From positions 2,368,001 through 2,432,000 of the forward strand of contig CAVTTN010000002.1 in NCBI GenBank assembly GCA_963737655.1: 64,000 nt of DNA. The letters run 5' to 3'. Shown here one piece after another: positions 29,960 to 40,418 of the stretch. Position 1 is the stretch's first letter. Every line of letters starts with the position of its first letter. This DNA is from an uncultured Planctomycetota bacterium. GTDB taxonomy: Bacteria > Planctomycetota > Planctomycetia > Isosphaerales > Isosphaeraceae. Position numbers and translations under genes: made by a program. The notes under the pieces were generated by a model, which searched no databases, had not been told where the DNA came from, and was given only the letters and a program-made list of their open reading frames with translations.

Positions 29960-30269
29960 TTTGCGAAAGGTTTGCGGCGGACCGATTGCCCTCTCACTCG
30001 CGATCCTGATCGCCGGTTGCGGCCCGGCCCAGATCGGCCCCGACCGCGAGGCGTTCCGGGCCGTCGATGCCCTCTACACGGCCGTCTCCCTCCGAGAGGC
30101 GGCCCCCCTCGCCCGATCGGCGGCGACCCTCAAGAGATTGAACGAATCGGAACGGCTCCCCTCCCCGGCGTATCGAAGCCTGGAAGCGATCATCCAGGAG
30201 GCCGAATCCGGCCGATGGGAGGCCGCGCAGGCCCGGCTGGCCCGGTTCATGGAAGGGCAGAGGCGGTGA
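29946..30269 (+). CDS. Small putative lipoprotein
   Basis: Lipobox-like LIAGC; overlaps the DUF1559 gene end, a common pairing in planctomycetes. Confidence 0.7.
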   Translation: MATGDLRKVCGGPIALSLAILIAGCGPAQIGPDREAFRAVDALYTAVSLREAAPLARSAATLKRLNESERLPSPAYRSLEAIIQEAESGRWEAAQARLARFMEGQRR

Positions 30270-30453
30270 GGGGAGGCCTCGTCACGAGTCTTCGCCGTCA
30301 TCCGCAATTCCAGGTCCGCCGTGGCCACGGGGCCACCATCCCGGTCAACCAGCGTCACGAGCGATCGCGGCACGGCGAGTCCTCCAGGATCTGGTCGACG
30401 AAGGCCCGAGCCCGCCGTGTTTCGGCCGGAAGCCAGACCCGTTGGAACCGGCC

Positions 30454-31365
30454 TCAACCCGCTTCGGGCAGGTCGCGGAGGGCCTGGGCCAGGGTGCTCA
30501 TCGAGGGCCAGCGGTCCTTGGGGGACTTCGTGAGCGTCTTACGGATCAGGGCCTTCAGACCTTCGGGGAGTTTGGGCGCGTAGTGGTTGATGTCGAGCGG
30601 CTCGGAGTTGATTCGCTGCCTCATCATCGCCATCGGTTCGACGGCGTCGTACGGCAGTTTGTTGGTGAGGAACTCGAAGGCCGTGACGCCGAAGCCGAAG
30701 ATGTCGAGCTTCTCGTCGGTCGGCTCGCGACGGATGACCTCCGGGGCCATGTACTGGATGGTGCCGGTGCGGTTGCCGGGGCGGCGGAACAGGGGGGTGT
30801 TGGGCACGGCCAGGCCGAAATCGATGATCTTGACCCGGTCCTCGCGATCGACCAGGACGTTCTTGGGCCCGAAGTCGTGGTGGATGAACCCGGCGGCGTG
30901 GACCGCGGCGAGCCCTTCGGCGGCCTGGGCGAGGAAGTCGATCTTCTGGGCCACGGTCAGCATCCGCGATTGCCTGGCGAAGTTCAGGCTCTGGCCGTCG
31001 ATGTACTCCATCACGATGTAATGGGCACCGTGGGTCGTGTCGCCGTGCTCGAAGGTGCGGACCACGTTGGGGTGGGTGATCCTCAGGCCGACGTCGCCCT
31101 CGCTGAGCCGCCCCTCGCGGGAGGCCCGGGCGTTGGCGGCCTGGGCCTTGGCCAGGTCCTGGACCTTCAGGCAGACCGACCGGCCCGACTGGTTGTCCAC
31201 CGCCCGGTAGACCTTGGACATGCTCCCCTGGCCGGTCTCCGCGACGATGCTGAACCTCTTCTCGATATTCACTTTACGGTTCTTGGTCGGCAGGGGGGCC
31301 GGGCCCGCCGCCTCGAACTCCGTCGAGCCGGATTTCTTCGCCTTCGGACCGAAGAGACCGAACAT
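30454..31365 (-). CDS. Hanks-type protein kinase (catalytic domain only)
   Basis: GQGSMSKVY, VCLK, HPNVV, HHDFGPKN, DFGLA and GTIQYMAPE. Confidence 0.92.
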   Translation of the reverse strand: MFGLFGPKAKKSGSTEFEAAGPAPLPTKNRKVNIEKRFSIVAETGQGSMSKVYRAVDNQSGRSVCLKVQDLAKAQAANARASREGRLSEGDVGLRITHPNVVRTFEHGDTTHGAHYIVMEYIDGQSLNFARQSRMLTVAQKIDFLAQAAEGLAAVHAAGFIHHDFGPKNVLVDREDRVKIIDFGLAVPNTPLFRRPGNRTGTIQYMAPEVIRREPTDEKLDIFGFGVTAFEFLTNKLPYDAVEPMAMMRQRINSEPLDINHYAPKLPEGLKALIRKTLTKSPKDRWPSMSTLAQALRDLPEAG

Positions 31366-31557
31366 GGATTGCACCCCCGATTCCGACGCCGACCGCCCGT
31401 CTCTCTCTCGCGTCCTTCATCGTACCCGTCCGGTCCGCCAACTTCCATGCATGGTCGCAGGCGAACGGGGAGGGGAATTCGAGGGGCGAGCTACCCCTAT
31501 ACTTCATACGAAGCTCAAGGGGCAGTGTGACCCGGGAATTCGGCGACGTTTTTCGAA

Positions 31558-32043
31558 TCAGGGCGGAGGGGCGGGGGAGGAGACATCGATTTGGCGGCCC
31601 TCGAGCTCGGCAATCTTCCGGCGGATCGGGTCCGGGACCGGCCGGGGGCTTTGGGCCGAATAGTCGAAGACGACCAGCGTGGACGTCCCGTCCAAAGCGA
31701 CGTCGCGGAGCTCCCGGCTGACGACCCGATGATCCATGGTCAGGCTCGTCCGGCCGATTCGAACAATCCGGGCGCCGACCAGGACGGAGTCGGGGAACCG
31801 CAGTTGGAGCCGGTAATCGCAGCGGATCGACGCCAGGATGGGCCCGATTTTCTGGGTCTCCAGGCTCTCCCAGAGGCCGATCTTGCCGGCGTAGGCGATC
31901 CTCGACGACTCGAACCACTTGAGCGGCACGGCGTTGTTGACGTGGCCGAAGGCGTCCTGATCTCCCCACCAGATCGGCACTTCGATCACGACGGGGAACT
32001 CGTGGAGGAGGGCGGCGAGGGTGGGGTCGAGGGAGTCTTTCAT
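31558..32043 (-). CDS. Acyl-CoA thioesterase (4HBT/YbgC-like)
   Basis: WGDQDAFGHVNN...WFESSR hotdog motif; ATGA overlap with the upstream gene. Confidence 0.9.
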   Translation of the reverse strand: MKDSLDPTLAALLHEFPVVIEVPIWWGDQDAFGHVNNAVPLKWFESSRIAYAGKIGLWESLETQKIGPILASIRCDYRLQLRFPDSVLVGARIVRIGRTSLTMDHRVVSRELRDVALDGTSTLVVFDYSAQSPRPVPDPIRRKIAELEGRQIDVSSPAPPP

Positions 32044-32456
32044 CGGTCGAGGTCCGACGCGGGGAGGAAGACCAGGGTGGCCGACCCGGTGGCGACCAGC
32101 TCTCCGCCTTCGGTGAAGACCTCGGCCACGGCCACGGCGGTCTTCCGGCCCGAGTGCTTCACGCGGGCCTCGGCCAGGAGCCGCTCGCCGTGGCGGGCCG
32201 GGCGGACGAAATTCGCGTTGAGCTGGGCCGTGACCACATCCAGGCCCGCCGGGGCCCGGGTGCTCGCCGCCAGGCCCAACGCCGTGTCGAGCAAGGTGGC
32301 CAGCACCCCGCCATGAACGACCCCCCGGGACCGAAGATGGTCCGGGCCGACGACATAGGCCACGCGGACATGGCCCGGCCCCACGACCTCGGGCCGCATG
32401 TCCAGGAGGTCCAGCAAGGGCCCTCGACGGTCCGTCGGCCCGGAATCCTCGGTCAT
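32040..32456 (-). CDS. PaaI family thioesterase
   Basis: GVVHGGVLATLLDTALG and TAQLNANFVRP. Confidence 0.9.
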   Translation of the reverse strand: MTEDSGPTDRRGPLLDLLDMRPEVVGPGHVRVAYVVGPDHLRSRGVVHGGVLATLLDTALGLAASTRAPAGLDVVTAQLNANFVRPARHGERLLAEARVKHSGRKTAVAVAEVFTEGGELVATGSATLVFLPASDLDR

Positions 32457-32622
32457 GATCGGTCGAGTCCCCGTCGCGAAGCCCGAGAGGCCCGATCGAA
32501 CATCGGCGCCCGCCCGGGACGATTGTAGCGACCCGAACCCGATCGCGGCAAACCAGGCCGCCGAGCGTCCCGTCAAAAACCTCCCAACGGATCGTCTCCA
32601 CCATCCCTCCCGGCGGTCGAAA

Positions 32623-33097
32623 GGGTGTGGCCGCGGAATCATGTAGAGTTTGCCGGTTCCGCCGGTTATCATGCGCGCTCGCCCGCCGCCACCCGGGAGC
32701 CCGCGCCATGCCCGCCGCCGTCGTCCGACGCACCGACACCTCGTTCGTCGTCCAGGTCGAGGTCCACTACCGCGACTCGATGCTCGAGGCCGAGGACGCC
32801 ATCCTCGACGCCCTGAACGAGGCGGGGGTCGCGGCCACCGAGGAGGCCCTCCGGCGGTTCGACGCCGACGGCCGCCCGATCCGCCTCGGGCCGATGAAGC
32901 TGACCTCCATGGGAAAGGTCCGCAAGGAGTACCAGACCCCCTACGGCGTCGCGGCGGCGGCGGCGGTGCTGTCGCTGCGTTGCCTGACGTACACGGCGGG
33001 GAGGTGGGACCAGTTCTGGTCGCGGATCGACCGCTCGGGATTCCCGATCGCGGCGTGACGATCGCGACGGTTACAACATGAATCCGCGGCCGCACCC
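32623..33097 (+). mobile_element. Non-autonomous, internally deleted ISKra4-family mini-element (475 bp)
   Basis: 22-bp IRs GGGTG(T/C)GGCCGCGGA(A/T)TCATGT. The ORF 32708-33058 joins the transposase N-terminus (..YQTPYGVA) to the C-terminus (AAVLSLRCLTYT...). TCGAAA on both sides. Confidence 0.85.
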
Positions 33098-33105
33098 CCT
33101 CGAAA

Positions 33106-34520
33106 GGGTGCGACCTCGGAATGATGTAGGATCTACCGGTCGTGACGGTTATTGTGCGGGCTCACCTCCACCCCGGGAGCCCGCGTCATGAACGCACAGA
33201 TCGTCGCCCGCACCGAGACCGGCTTCACCGTCCAGGTCGTCATCCCCTTCAAGGACTCGATGCTCGACGCCGAGGACGCCATCCAGGACGCCCTGAACGA
33301 GGCCGGCGTCGTCGCCACCGCCGAGGCCCTCGGCCGCTTCGACGCCGACGGCAAGCCGATCACCATCGACGGCGTCAAGCTCACCAGCAAGGGGCGGCTG
33401 CCCAAGGACTATCAGACCCCCTACGGCGTCGCCACCGTCGGCCGCCACGTCTACCAGCCATCTCGCGGCGGCAGGACCTTCTGCCCGCTGGACGACGCGG
33501 CCCGCATCGTCGTCAGCTCCACGCCCCGCTTCGCCAAGCAGGTGGCGCACAAGTACGCCGAGTTCGGCTCCGCCCGGGTCGCCACCGACCTGCAGGAGAA
33601 CCACGGCCGCGCCGTCGCCCGGTCGTTCGTCCAGAACGTCGCCGACGCGGTCGCGGCCGTGGCGCTGGCGCGGGAAGTCGACTGGGAGTACGACCTGCCG
33701 GAGTTCCGGGAGCCGGTGGCCACGGTGACCGTCGGGCTCGACGGGACGTGCTTGCTGATGGGCAAGGACTCCTGGCGCGAGGCGATGGTCGGGACCCTCG
33801 GCTTCTACAACGCGGAGGGCGAGAGGCTGCACACCGTCTACACGGCGGCGACGCCCGAGTACGGCAAGCTGACCTTCGCCGAGCGGTTCGACCGCGAGCT
33901 GGGCCGGGCCAAGGCGGCGTGCCCGGGGGCGCGGTACGTCGGGCTGGCCGACGGGGCGAAGGACAACTGGACGTACCTGGAGCTGGTGACCGAGGTGCAG
34001 GTCGTGGACTTCTACCACGTGACGCAGTACCTCTGGCCGGCGGCCGAGGCGCTGTTCGGGGGGCACGGGGGCGAGATGGTGGCCTGGTCCGACGGCTGGC
34101 GGCACCGGCTGCGACACGAGCCGGGTGCGGCCGCGGCGCTGATCGCGGACCTGGAGGCGCGGGCCGCGGCCCTCGGTAAGCCGCGGCCGCCCGAGGCGGT
34201 GGGGCGGGCGCTGACGTACCTGAAGAACCAGGCGGCCGGGGGCCGGCTGGACTACGCCGGGCTGGCCGAGCGGAAGATCCCGATCGGATCGGGTGTGACG
34301 GAGGCGGCGTGCAAGGTGCTGGTCAAGCAGAGGCTGTGCGGGTCGGGGATGCGGTGGAAGGACGCCGGCGCGGCGGCGGTGCTGTCGGTGCGCTGCCTGA
34401 CGTACACGACGGGGCGATGGTCACAGTTCTGGGGCCGGATCGACCGCGAGGGGTTCCCGTTGGCGGCATGATCACGGAGACCGGTCGTGCCGGTGGCCAC
34501 ATCATTCCGAGGTCACACCC
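33106..34520 (+). mobile_element. Complete ISKra4-family insertion sequence (1415 bp)
   Basis: 22-bp IRs GGGTG(C/T)GACCTCGGAATGATGT; flanking 8-bp direct repeat CCTCGAAA (33098-33105, 34521-34528). Confidence 0.9.
33188..34471 (+). CDS. DDE transposase, ISKra4/mutator-like
   Basis: LDGT, ADGA, DFYH (DxxH), IGSGVTEAACK and RL..SGMRW motifs. Confidence 0.9.
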   Translation: MNAQIVARTETGFTVQVVIPFKDSMLDAEDAIQDALNEAGVVATAEALGRFDADGKPITIDGVKLTSKGRLPKDYQTPYGVATVGRHVYQPSRGGRTFCPLDDAARIVVSSTPRFAKQVAHKYAEFGSARVATDLQENHGRAVARSFVQNVADAVAAVALAREVDWEYDLPEFREPVATVTVGLDGTCLLMGKDSWREAMVGTLGFYNAEGERLHTVYTAATPEYGKLTFAERFDRELGRAKAACPGARYVGLADGAKDNWTYLELVTEVQVVDFYHVTQYLWPAAEALFGGHGGEMVAWSDGWRHRLRHEPGAAAALIADLEARAAALGKPRPPEAVGRALTYLKNQAAGGRLDYAGLAERKIPIGSGVTEAACKVLVKQRLCGSGMRWKDAGAAAVLSVRCLTYTTGRWSQFWGRIDREGFPLAA

Positions 34521-34668
34521 CCTCGAAAGAAACATAACGCCCATTATCGGACCCAACGGACCGAGATTACCTGCACTCCGGAGAGGCGGCCGACGCGGCT
34601 GGCGGCCTACGATTTCTTCGATCCGGCCCTGGCCGTCGCCCTGGATTGCTCTCTTCCCGCCGTCGCGG

Positions 34669-35268
34669 TCATCGCGGGGGCTTGGCGTCGGGCTCTCCCA
34701 GGGCCTTTTCTCTTGCGAGCCAGACCTCGGCTTCCATCCGGGAGTATTCGACCTGGGCGAAGTCGAACGCGGAGAATTGCTGGGTCTCGTAGAGCCGGCG
34801 GTAGCGGGCTTCCAGGTCCTTCATCCGGGCCACGTGGCCTTCGAGGGCGGCCCGGCGGGCCGGGTCGGAGGGGCCTTTCGCCCGGTTCAGGTAGACCTCG
34901 ACGTCCTGCGTCCGGGGCTCGTCGGCTCGGAACGTGAGAAAAACCTCGCATTCCAGCTGCCGGCGCGACCAGGAGTACTGCTCCCGGCTGGAGGCCGCGA
35001 CCGGTGCGCCGATCTGCCGGGAATTGGCGAGCAGCGCCAGGGCTTTCTTCGCGAGCCTCAACTGGGTCTGGACCTGGGCGTTGATCTCCTCGGCCTGGGC
35101 CGTCGGGGTCGGTCCGGGCTTTGCGTTGGCGGAGACGCGGAGGGCCGGGCCGATCCACGAGGCGGCCAGGGCGATCGTCGCCGCCGCCAGGCCGAGGCGG
35201 AGGCGACGGATCGATCGGGCCAGACGATCGACGGAATCGGCGGGGGGGGTGAATCGAGGGACGTCCAC
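34669..35268 (-). CDS. Exported helical hypothetical protein
   Basis: Hydrophobic LGLAAATIALAASW segment followed by a helical domain. Start inferred at GTG 35268. Confidence 0.6.
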   Translation of the reverse strand: MDVPRFTPPADSVDRLARSIRRLRLGLAAATIALAASWIGPALRVSANAKPGPTPTAQAEEINAQVQTQLRLAKKALALLANSRQIGAPVAASSREQYSWSRRQLECEVFLTFRADEPRTQDVEVYLNRAKGPSDPARRAALEGHVARMKDLEARYRRLYETQQFSAFDFAQVEYSRMEAEVWLAREKALGEPDAKPPR

Positions 35269-35362
35269 GGCAGGTATCCTGGGCGGGAACGAGGTCCGAG
35301 CAGGTCCGCGAACCTCTATAAGTAACGTCACCTGTGCGAGCCCGCCAGCACATAAAGGAAAC

Positions 35363-36572
35363 ATGATGCGATGGATGGTGGCCTTGATCCTGATCCTCGG
35401 CCCCGGATCGGAGTCCGAGGAGGTCCGCGTGCCGATCGATCGGGCCGGGCGGGTCGATCTCGCGGAGGTCGTCCAGCGGCTGGCCGAGGGGGTTGCCGGG
35501 CGGGTCGAGCGGCCCGGGCCCTGCCTGTTGAAGGTCCGGGGGATTCCCGGCGCCTATGCCCGCGGCCTGATCTTGCGGTCGCTGGACGAAACGGCGAGCG
35601 TCTCCGTCGGCCTGACCGACCTCGTGGTGACGATGCCGAAGCGGCCGACCGCCGAGCAGGTCCGCGCCCTGGCCGATCGGGTCCGCGACGAGATTCCCGA
35701 GGGGCGACTGGGGATGACCGCCCGGCCGTCGTATCGGCCCAACGACCCGGACCGGCCGACGATCTGCCTGGTCCACGGGATCAACTCGACGGCCCACGTC
35801 TTCGCCCACCTCGTCCCGTCTCTGGAGAAGGCGGGTTTCGGGATTGTCCTGTATGAATATCCGACCGATCGGGGGCTGGAGGCGTCGTCGAAGGCGTTCG
35901 CGAAGGACTGGGCCGAGTTCCGCCGCGACCGGGGCGAGACGGCGAAATGGGCGGTCCTCACCCACTCGATGGGTGCCCTGCTCGCCCGTCGGTACGTCGA
36001 GGGCGACGCGTACGGAGGAGACGTTTCGCACCTCCTCCTGATCGGCCCGACGAACCACGGGGCGATGACGGCCAAGGTCCAACCGCTGATCCGCCTGGCC
36101 CGGGCCGTGGAGGGCGGAGGGCGGGTCGAGGCGGCGGTGGCGGACCTGGACGCCCCGGAAGGGGAAGCCTCGCGCGACCTCCTGCCCGATAGCGCATTCC
36201 TGGCGAAGCTGAACGCGAGGCCGCGACGGGCGGGGGTCCCGTATCACATCCTCGCCGGGAGCGGGGGCTTCCTCACCAGGGCGGCGAGGGGACGGGTCGA
36301 GGCGAGGGTGGCTCTCGCGACGAAGGCCGGTGGGCTACTCGGAGGGATCTCGAAGGTCGCGGCCGGGACGGTCGCCGCCGGTCTCGACGAGATGACCGAA
36401 GGGACCGGCGACGGCTGCGTGGCGGTCGCCTCGACGAGGCTCGACGGCGTGACCGACCACGAGACGTTGCCGGTGGATCACGTCGAGCTCGGTGAGGGGC
36501 CCCCTGCTCTACCCCGATCCCGGCCCGGTGGCGTGCGAGCCGTTCGTTCTGCGGAGGCTCAAGGCGAGGTAA
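35363..36572 (+). CDS. Exported alpha/beta hydrolase (lipase/esterase-like; frameshift ~36491)
   Basis: AAAGGA SD, signal peptide, LVHGIN, THSMG, GPTNHG, GDGCV and DH. Removing one G gives the C-terminus HVELVRGPLLYP...LKAR*. Confidence 0.8.
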
Positions 36573-36734
36573 GCCGGTCGTGAGCCGGGCGGCAACGGCT
36601 CCGTCACGGGCCGCTCCGGGAGGAGCGGGAAGGGACTTGGGGGCGGGGCCGGGATCGGGTACTCTTTCCGGGTCCGGGAACGGACCGGCCGGCCACGACG
36701 CGCATCCCCCATCTTCCTCGGAGCGTCCGTCCCC

Positions 36735-38327
36735 ATGTCGTCCATCTCTGATGCCCCCGAGGTCGCCCCCGGGCGATCCTCCGGCCTGCGATCGTTCCTC
36801 GATCATCCCCCGGGCCTCTATCCGCTCTTCTTCACGGAGATGTGGGAGCGGTTCAGCTTCTACACGATGATTGCCCTGCTCTCGCTCTACCTGAACGAGT
36901 ACCACGGGTACTCCGAGGGCGAGGCGTCGAACGTGACGACCTGGTACAACTCCCTGGTGTACTTCACGCCGTTCCTGGGCGGCCTGATCGCCGACCGGGT
37001 GATCGGCTACACCCGGGCGATCCTCATCGGCGGCGTCCTGATGATGGCCGGGCACCTGCTCCTGGGGTTCGACCGGGCGAGCGACCCGACCCATCTCTGC
37101 CTGTTCGGGGCCCTGGCGTTGCTGATCGCCGGAAACGGCCTGTTCAAGCCGAATATCTCGACGCTGGTCGGCTCTCTGTACTCGCAGAACGACCCGAGGC
37201 GCGACCAGGGTTACACGATCTTCTACATGGGAATCAACATCGGCGCGTTCATCGCGCCCTTGTCGGCGAACCTCCTCCGTCGCAAGGGGGTGGACCTGGC
37301 GAAGGCGCTCGGGTTCTCGGCGTCTCCGGAGATCGGCTGGCACCTCGCGTTCGGATCGGCCGGGGTGGGGATGCTCGTGAGCGTCCTGATCTTCTGGTTC
37401 GTGAAGGGCCGGTTCCGCGACAGCGCCGCCCGGTTGAACGAGGCGCCGACCGACGATAAGCACGGCCTGGCCACGACCTCCACGCCCGAGGGAGATCGCG
37501 CGATCTTCATCGGCCAGTGGTTCAACATGGCGGCGGTGGTCGCGGCCCTGGCCTGGCTGTTCGTCGGCCCCCTCGTCCCCTGGCCCGAGGCGATCAAGAC
37601 GGCCGCGCTCTGGCCCACGAACGTCGTCCACTTCGCCTACATCTGGCTGGCGATCGAGGCGATCACCATCGTGATCTTCCTCACCGGAGGGGATACGGTC
37701 TCGGCCAACGCGGCGAAGCTCAAGGCGGTCTTCGTGGTCGTGGCCCTGTTCTGGATGGCCTTCCATCAGAACTCGGTGACGCTCACCTTCTTCGCCCGGG
37801 ACAACACCGCCACGTCGTGGGACGCCGAGACGTTCCAGGCGATCAACCCGATCTGCATCGTCCTGTTCAGCCCGTTGATGGTCATGCTCTGGTCCTGGCT
37901 GGAGAAGAAGAAGGCCGAGCCGTCGATGACGACGAAGATCATGCTCGGGATGCTCGTCACGGGCCTCGCCTACGTGGTGATGTATGGCGCCAGCCGGGCC
38001 GGCGGCGACACGGGCAAGGTCTCCGCCGCGTGGCTCACGGGGACTTACGTGATCTTGACCGTGGCCGAGCTGCTGGTCAGCCCGATCGGCCTGTCGCTGA
38101 CGTCCAAGCTGGCGCCGCCGAAGTACAAGGCGTTGTGGATGGGGTTCTGGTTCACGGCCACGGCGATCGGCAACAAGCTCGTCCACGTGATCGGCCAGTA
38201 CTGGAAGGTCTATCCGCCGAGCCAGCTCTTCCTGATCCTGGTGGGGTCGTCGATCGCGGCGGCGGCCGTGTTGTATGTCCTCCTGCTGATCCTCAAACTC
38301 GTCGGCCCCCGGAGCACGGCCGCCTGA
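36735..38327 (+). CDS. POT/PTR family proton-dependent oligopeptide transporter
   Basis: EMWERFSFY, GNGLFKPNIST, FYMGINIG and ELLVSPIGLS. Confidence 0.95.
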   Translation: MSSISDAPEVAPGRSSGLRSFLDHPPGLYPLFFTEMWERFSFYTMIALLSLYLNEYHGYSEGEASNVTTWYNSLVYFTPFLGGLIADRVIGYTRAILIGGVLMMAGHLLLGFDRASDPTHLCLFGALALLIAGNGLFKPNISTLVGSLYSQNDPRRDQGYTIFYMGINIGAFIAPLSANLLRRKGVDLAKALGFSASPEIGWHLAFGSAGVGMLVSVLIFWFVKGRFRDSAARLNEAPTDDKHGLATTSTPEGDRAIFIGQWFNMAAVVAALAWLFVGPLVPWPEAIKTAALWPTNVVHFAYIWLAIEAITIVIFLTGGDTVSANAAKLKAVFVVVALFWMAFHQNSVTLTFFARDNTATSWDAETFQAINPICIVLFSPLMVMLWSWLEKKKAEPSMTTKIMLGMLVTGLAYVVMYGASRAGGDTGKVSAAWLTGTYVILTVAELLVSPIGLSLTSKLAPPKYKALWMGFWFTATAIGNKLVHVIGQYWKVYPPSQLFLILVGSSIAAAAVLYVLLLILKLVGPRSTAA

Positions 38328-38345
38328 AAGGGCGCCGGACGAACC

Positions 38346-40418
38346 ATGCGAATCGCCCTCGGGATCACAATTGCACTCATGACCGCCTCCGCCGCGATGG
38401 CCGCCGGACGGCCGATGACCGTGGACGACCTCCTCGCCGTCAAGAGCGTGTCCGACCCCCAGCTCTCGCCCGACGGCAAGCTCGTCGCCTACGTCGTCTC
38501 GGCCGTGGACGTCGAGAAGAATAAATCGAATTCCGACCTCTGGCTCGTGCCGGTCGAAGGCGGCGAGCCGAAGCGCCTGACGACCTCTCCGGGGGCCGAC
38601 AACCATCCCCGGTGGAGCCCCGACGGCAAGACGATCGCCTTCAACTCCGACCGCTCCGGCTCGACGCAAATCTGGCTGTTGCCGCTCGACGGCGGCGAGG
38701 CCCGGCCCCTCACGAAGCTGCCGATCGACGCCTCGGGGCCGATCTGGTCGCCCAAGGGGGACAAGATCGCCTTCGCCGCCGAGGTCTTCCCCGGCAAGTC
38801 CCCCGAGGAGACCGCGAAGATCGACAAGGAGAAGTCCGAGTCGAAGAGCAAGGCCCGGGTGTTCGACTCGCTGATGATCCGCCACTGGACGAGCTGGGAC
38901 GAGGGGAAGAAGTCGCACATCTTCGTCTGCGACGCGAAGACGGGCGAGGCGACGGACCTGATGCCCGACCTGAAGGTGAATACGCCCCCGGGTCCGTTCG
39001 GCGGGTCGGAGGAGTACGCCTGGTCGCCCGACGGGACCGAGATCGCCTTCACGGCGGAGCCCCTCGAAAACCACGCGTGGTCCACGAATACCGATATTTA
39101 CACGGTCCCGGCCTCGGGAGGGCCGAGGAAGAACGTGACCGAGGCCAACAAGGGGGCGGACGCGCAGCCTCAGTACCTGTTCGACGGCCGCCACCTCGCG
39201 TTCGTGAGCCAGGAGAGGGCCGGCTTCGAGGCCGATTCCTGGGTCGTGAAGGTCGCCGACCTGGACGATCGAAAGGGCCCGAAGCCCGCGGCCTTGACCG
39301 CGACGTGGGACCGGCCCGTCCAGTCCTTCCGGATCGAGGGCGCTCGGCCGCCCCTTCTCACGGCCGTGATCGACGACACGGGAGGGATGACGATCGCGTC
39401 CTCGGGGTTCACGGTCGTGAAGGACGGAGACTCGCTCAAGACGGCCCACGGTCCGGGCCTCCATCGGCTCGCGGCCGGAGGCGTGAACACCGCCTACGCC
39501 GGCCGGGCCGACGGCGACCGCCCCGTCTTCCTTCACGGCGACTCGGCCCACCCCAACGAGGTCTATACGATCAGTCGAGATCGAGCGAAACTCTCGCCAC
39601 TGACCCACCACAATGACGATCTCCTCGCGAAACTCGACGTGAACCGGGCCGAGGGCTTCGCCTTCAAGGGATCGGGAGGCGACGAGGTCGCGGGCTGGTT
39701 GGTGAAGCCGCCGGGGTTCGACCCGTCGAAGAAATATCCCGTCCTCTTCCTGATCCACGGAGGCCCGCAAGGCGCCTGGCACGACGAATGGCATGCCCGA
39801 TGGAATTATGGACTGTTCGCCGCGCCGGGATATGTCGTGGTGGCGATCAACCCGCGAGGATCGACCGGCTACGGCCAGAAGTTCACCGACGAGATCTCCA
39901 CCGACTGGAACGGCAAGGTCTATGAAGACCTGATGACGGGCCTCGACTTCGCCCTGACGACCTACCCGTTCCTCGACAAAACGAAGATGGCGGCGGCGGG
40001 AGGATCGTTCGGCGGGTACATGGTCAACTGGATCGCCGGCCAGACCGACCGCTTCAAGGCGCTCGTCTCCCACGCCGGGATCTTCGACCTGACGAGCATG
40101 AACGTGACCACGGAGGAACTCTGGTTCTCGCAATGGGAGTTCGGCGGGATGCCGTGGGAGACGCCCGAGCGTCACCTCAAGCAGTCGCCGAGCACCTTCG
40201 CGAAGAACTTCAAGACACCGACCCTGGTGATCCACGGGGCCCTGGATTTCCGCGTGCCGGACGGCCAGGGTCTCGGCATGTTCACGGCGTTGCAACGGCT
40301 CGGCGTGCCCAGCCGCTACGTCTACTTCCCGGACGAGGGGCACTGGATCCTCAAGCCGGCCAACCGCAAGGTCTGGTGGGACGAGGTCCACGGCTGGCTC
40401 GCGAAGTACCTGAAGTGA
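38346..40418 (+). CDS. S9 family dipeptidyl/aminoacyl peptidase, exported
   Basis: Signal peptide, PD40 repeats (WSPDG), IHGGPQ, GGSFGG, DFRV and DEGH. Confidence 0.95.
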   Translation: MRIALGITIALMTASAAMAAGRPMTVDDLLAVKSVSDPQLSPDGKLVAYVVSAVDVEKNKSNSDLWLVPVEGGEPKRLTTSPGADNHPRWSPDGKTIAFNSDRSGSTQIWLLPLDGGEARPLTKLPIDASGPIWSPKGDKIAFAAEVFPGKSPEETAKIDKEKSESKSKARVFDSLMIRHWTSWDEGKKSHIFVCDAKTGEATDLMPDLKVNTPPGPFGGSEEYAWSPDGTEIAFTAEPLENHAWSTNTDIYTVPASGGPRKNVTEANKGADAQPQYLFDGRHLAFVSQERAGFEADSWVVKVADLDDRKGPKPAALTATWDRPVQSFRIEGARPPLLTAVIDDTGGMTIASSGFTVVKDGDSLKTAHGPGLHRLAAGGVNTAYAGRADGDRPVFLHGDSAHPNEVYTISRDRAKLSPLTHHNDDLLAKLDVNRAEGFAFKGSGGDEVAGWLVKPPGFDPSKKYPVLFLIHGGPQGAWHDEWHARWNYGLFAAPGYVVVAINPRGSTGYGQKFTDEISTDWNGKVYEDLMTGLDFALTTYPFLDKTKMAAAGGSFGGYMVNWIAGQTDRFKALVSHAGIFDLTSMNVTTEELWFSQWEFGGMPWETPERHLKQSPSTFAKNFKTPTLVIHGALDFRVPDGQGLGMFTALQRLGVPSRYVYFPDEGHWILKPANRKVWWDEVHGWLAKYLK

